The notes under the pieces are model-generated. The model searched no databases. It was given only the letters and a program-made list of their open reading frames with translations, and was not told the DNA's origin. Position numbers and translations under genes: made by a program. Below, piece by piece: positions 15,281-16,098 of a DNA stretch of 16,098 nt (the first letter of the stretch is position 1; the number at the start of each line of letters is the position of its first letter). The DNA is taken from assembly GCA_003135555.1 (NCBI GenBank), contig PLCF01000040.1, positions 1-16,098 on the forward strand, written 5' to 3'. Origin of the DNA: Vulcanimicrobiota bacterium. GTDB lineage: Bacteria > Vulcanimicrobiota > Vulcanimicrobiia > Vulcanimicrobiales > Vulcanimicrobiaceae.

Positions 15281-16098
15281 ATGGGCAAGCACCTCAAAAG
15301 CATCCTGGTCGTCCTCGGCATCTTCATCCTGGTGATTTTCATCGTGGATAAGCTCGTGCTGAGCCCGACCACCAGCACGCAGCTGAGCTATACGGCTTTC
15401 TACCAGAAAGTCGAAAAGCATGAGATCAAGAAGGCGATCGTCCAGAGCAATCACGACGTATCGGGCGACTTGACCGACGGCGGCAAGTTCACCACGACGA
15501 TCGGCGACGACAAGGACTTGGGCTCGCTCATGCGGCGCAACATCCCGGACCTATCGTACGTCAACGCCAGCGCGACGCCGCTGATCGGCTACATCTTCCA
15601 GTTCGTGCCGTTCGTCATCATGGCGCTGCTGCTGATCTTCATCTTGCGCCAGGCGCAGAGCGGGGGCAGCCAGGCGCTGTCCTTCGGGCGCTCGCGCGCC
15701 AAGCTGCTCAGCGAGAACCGGCCCAAGGTGACCTTCGCCGACGTCGCGGGGGTCGACGAGGCGAAAGAGGAGCTGGGCGAGGTCGTCGAGTTCCTCAAGT
15801 ACCCCAAGAAGTTTCAGGCCCTGGGCGCGCGCATCCCCAAGGGCGTGTTGCTGCTCGGACCGCCCGGCTCGGGCAAGACGCTTCTGGCGCGCGCCATCGC
15901 GGGCGAAGCGGGAGTCCCGTTCTTCTCGATCTCCGGCTCGGACTTCGTCGAGATGTTCGTCGGCGTCGGTGCCTCGCGGGTGCGCGACCTGTTCGAACAG
16001 GCCAAGAAATCGGCGCCCTGCATCATCTTCATCGACGAGATCGACGCGGTCGGCCGCCAGCGCGGCGCGGGTCTGGGCGGCGGCCACGACGAGCGCGA
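15281..16098 (+). CDS. ftsH: ATP-dependent zinc metalloprotease FtsH (3'-truncated by the window edge; absent from the ORF track)
   Basis: My translation from ATG 15281: [22 protein letters not shown] (TM1), TM2 '[17 protein letters not shown]', 'SFGRSRAK', '[16 protein letters not shown]', Walker A 'GPPGSGKT', '[21 protein letters not shown]', Walker B '[15 protein letters not shown]', 'GGGHDER'. Confidence 0.99.
   Translation, partial: MGKHLKSILVVLGIFILVIFIVDKLVLSPTTSTQLSYTAFYQKVEKHEIKKAIVQSNHDVSGDLTDGGKFTTTIGDDKDLGSLMRRNIPDLSYVNASATPLIGYIFQFVPFVIMALLLIFILRQAQSGGSQALSFGRSRAKLLSENRPKVTFADVAGVDEAKEELGEVVEFLKYPKKFQALGARIPKGVLLLGPPGSGKTLLARAIAGEAGVPFFSISGSDFVEMFVGVGASRVRDLFEQAKKSAPCIIFIDEIDAVGRQRGAGLGGGHDER

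Overview
GC-rich bacterial core-genome region. The gene style suggests a Terrabacteria lineage such as Ca. Eremiobacterota, which is an inference only. From left to right it holds the 3' part of an ATPase/TPR-type regulator, tRNA-Ser(UGA), an orphan ORF, a small membrane protein and a NUDIX hydrolase. Next come an S41 C-terminal protease (minus strand) divergent from a GT-C-like membrane protein, then serS-tsaC/sua5 (minus) divergent from a long, tightly coupled plus-strand run: moeA, BON lipoprotein, HisC-like aminotransferase, metallophosphoesterase, TPR protein, PaaI thioesterase, smpB, tilS, hpt and partial ftsH. I see no CRISPR array, integrase or transposase. The most interesting unexplained signals are non-coding or small. 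(1) A ~130-nt element between smpB and tilS can fold into a rod that sequesters the tilS ATG, and a 39-codon mini-ORF coupled to smpB spans it. (2) A bipartite AGG-N16-18-GAA motif recurs upstream of several genes and is nearly identical in front of serS and the TPR gene. (3) The tRNA-Ser 3' end is unusual (U discriminator, no CCA, T6...A6 inverted repeat) and is followed by an atypical orphan gene.
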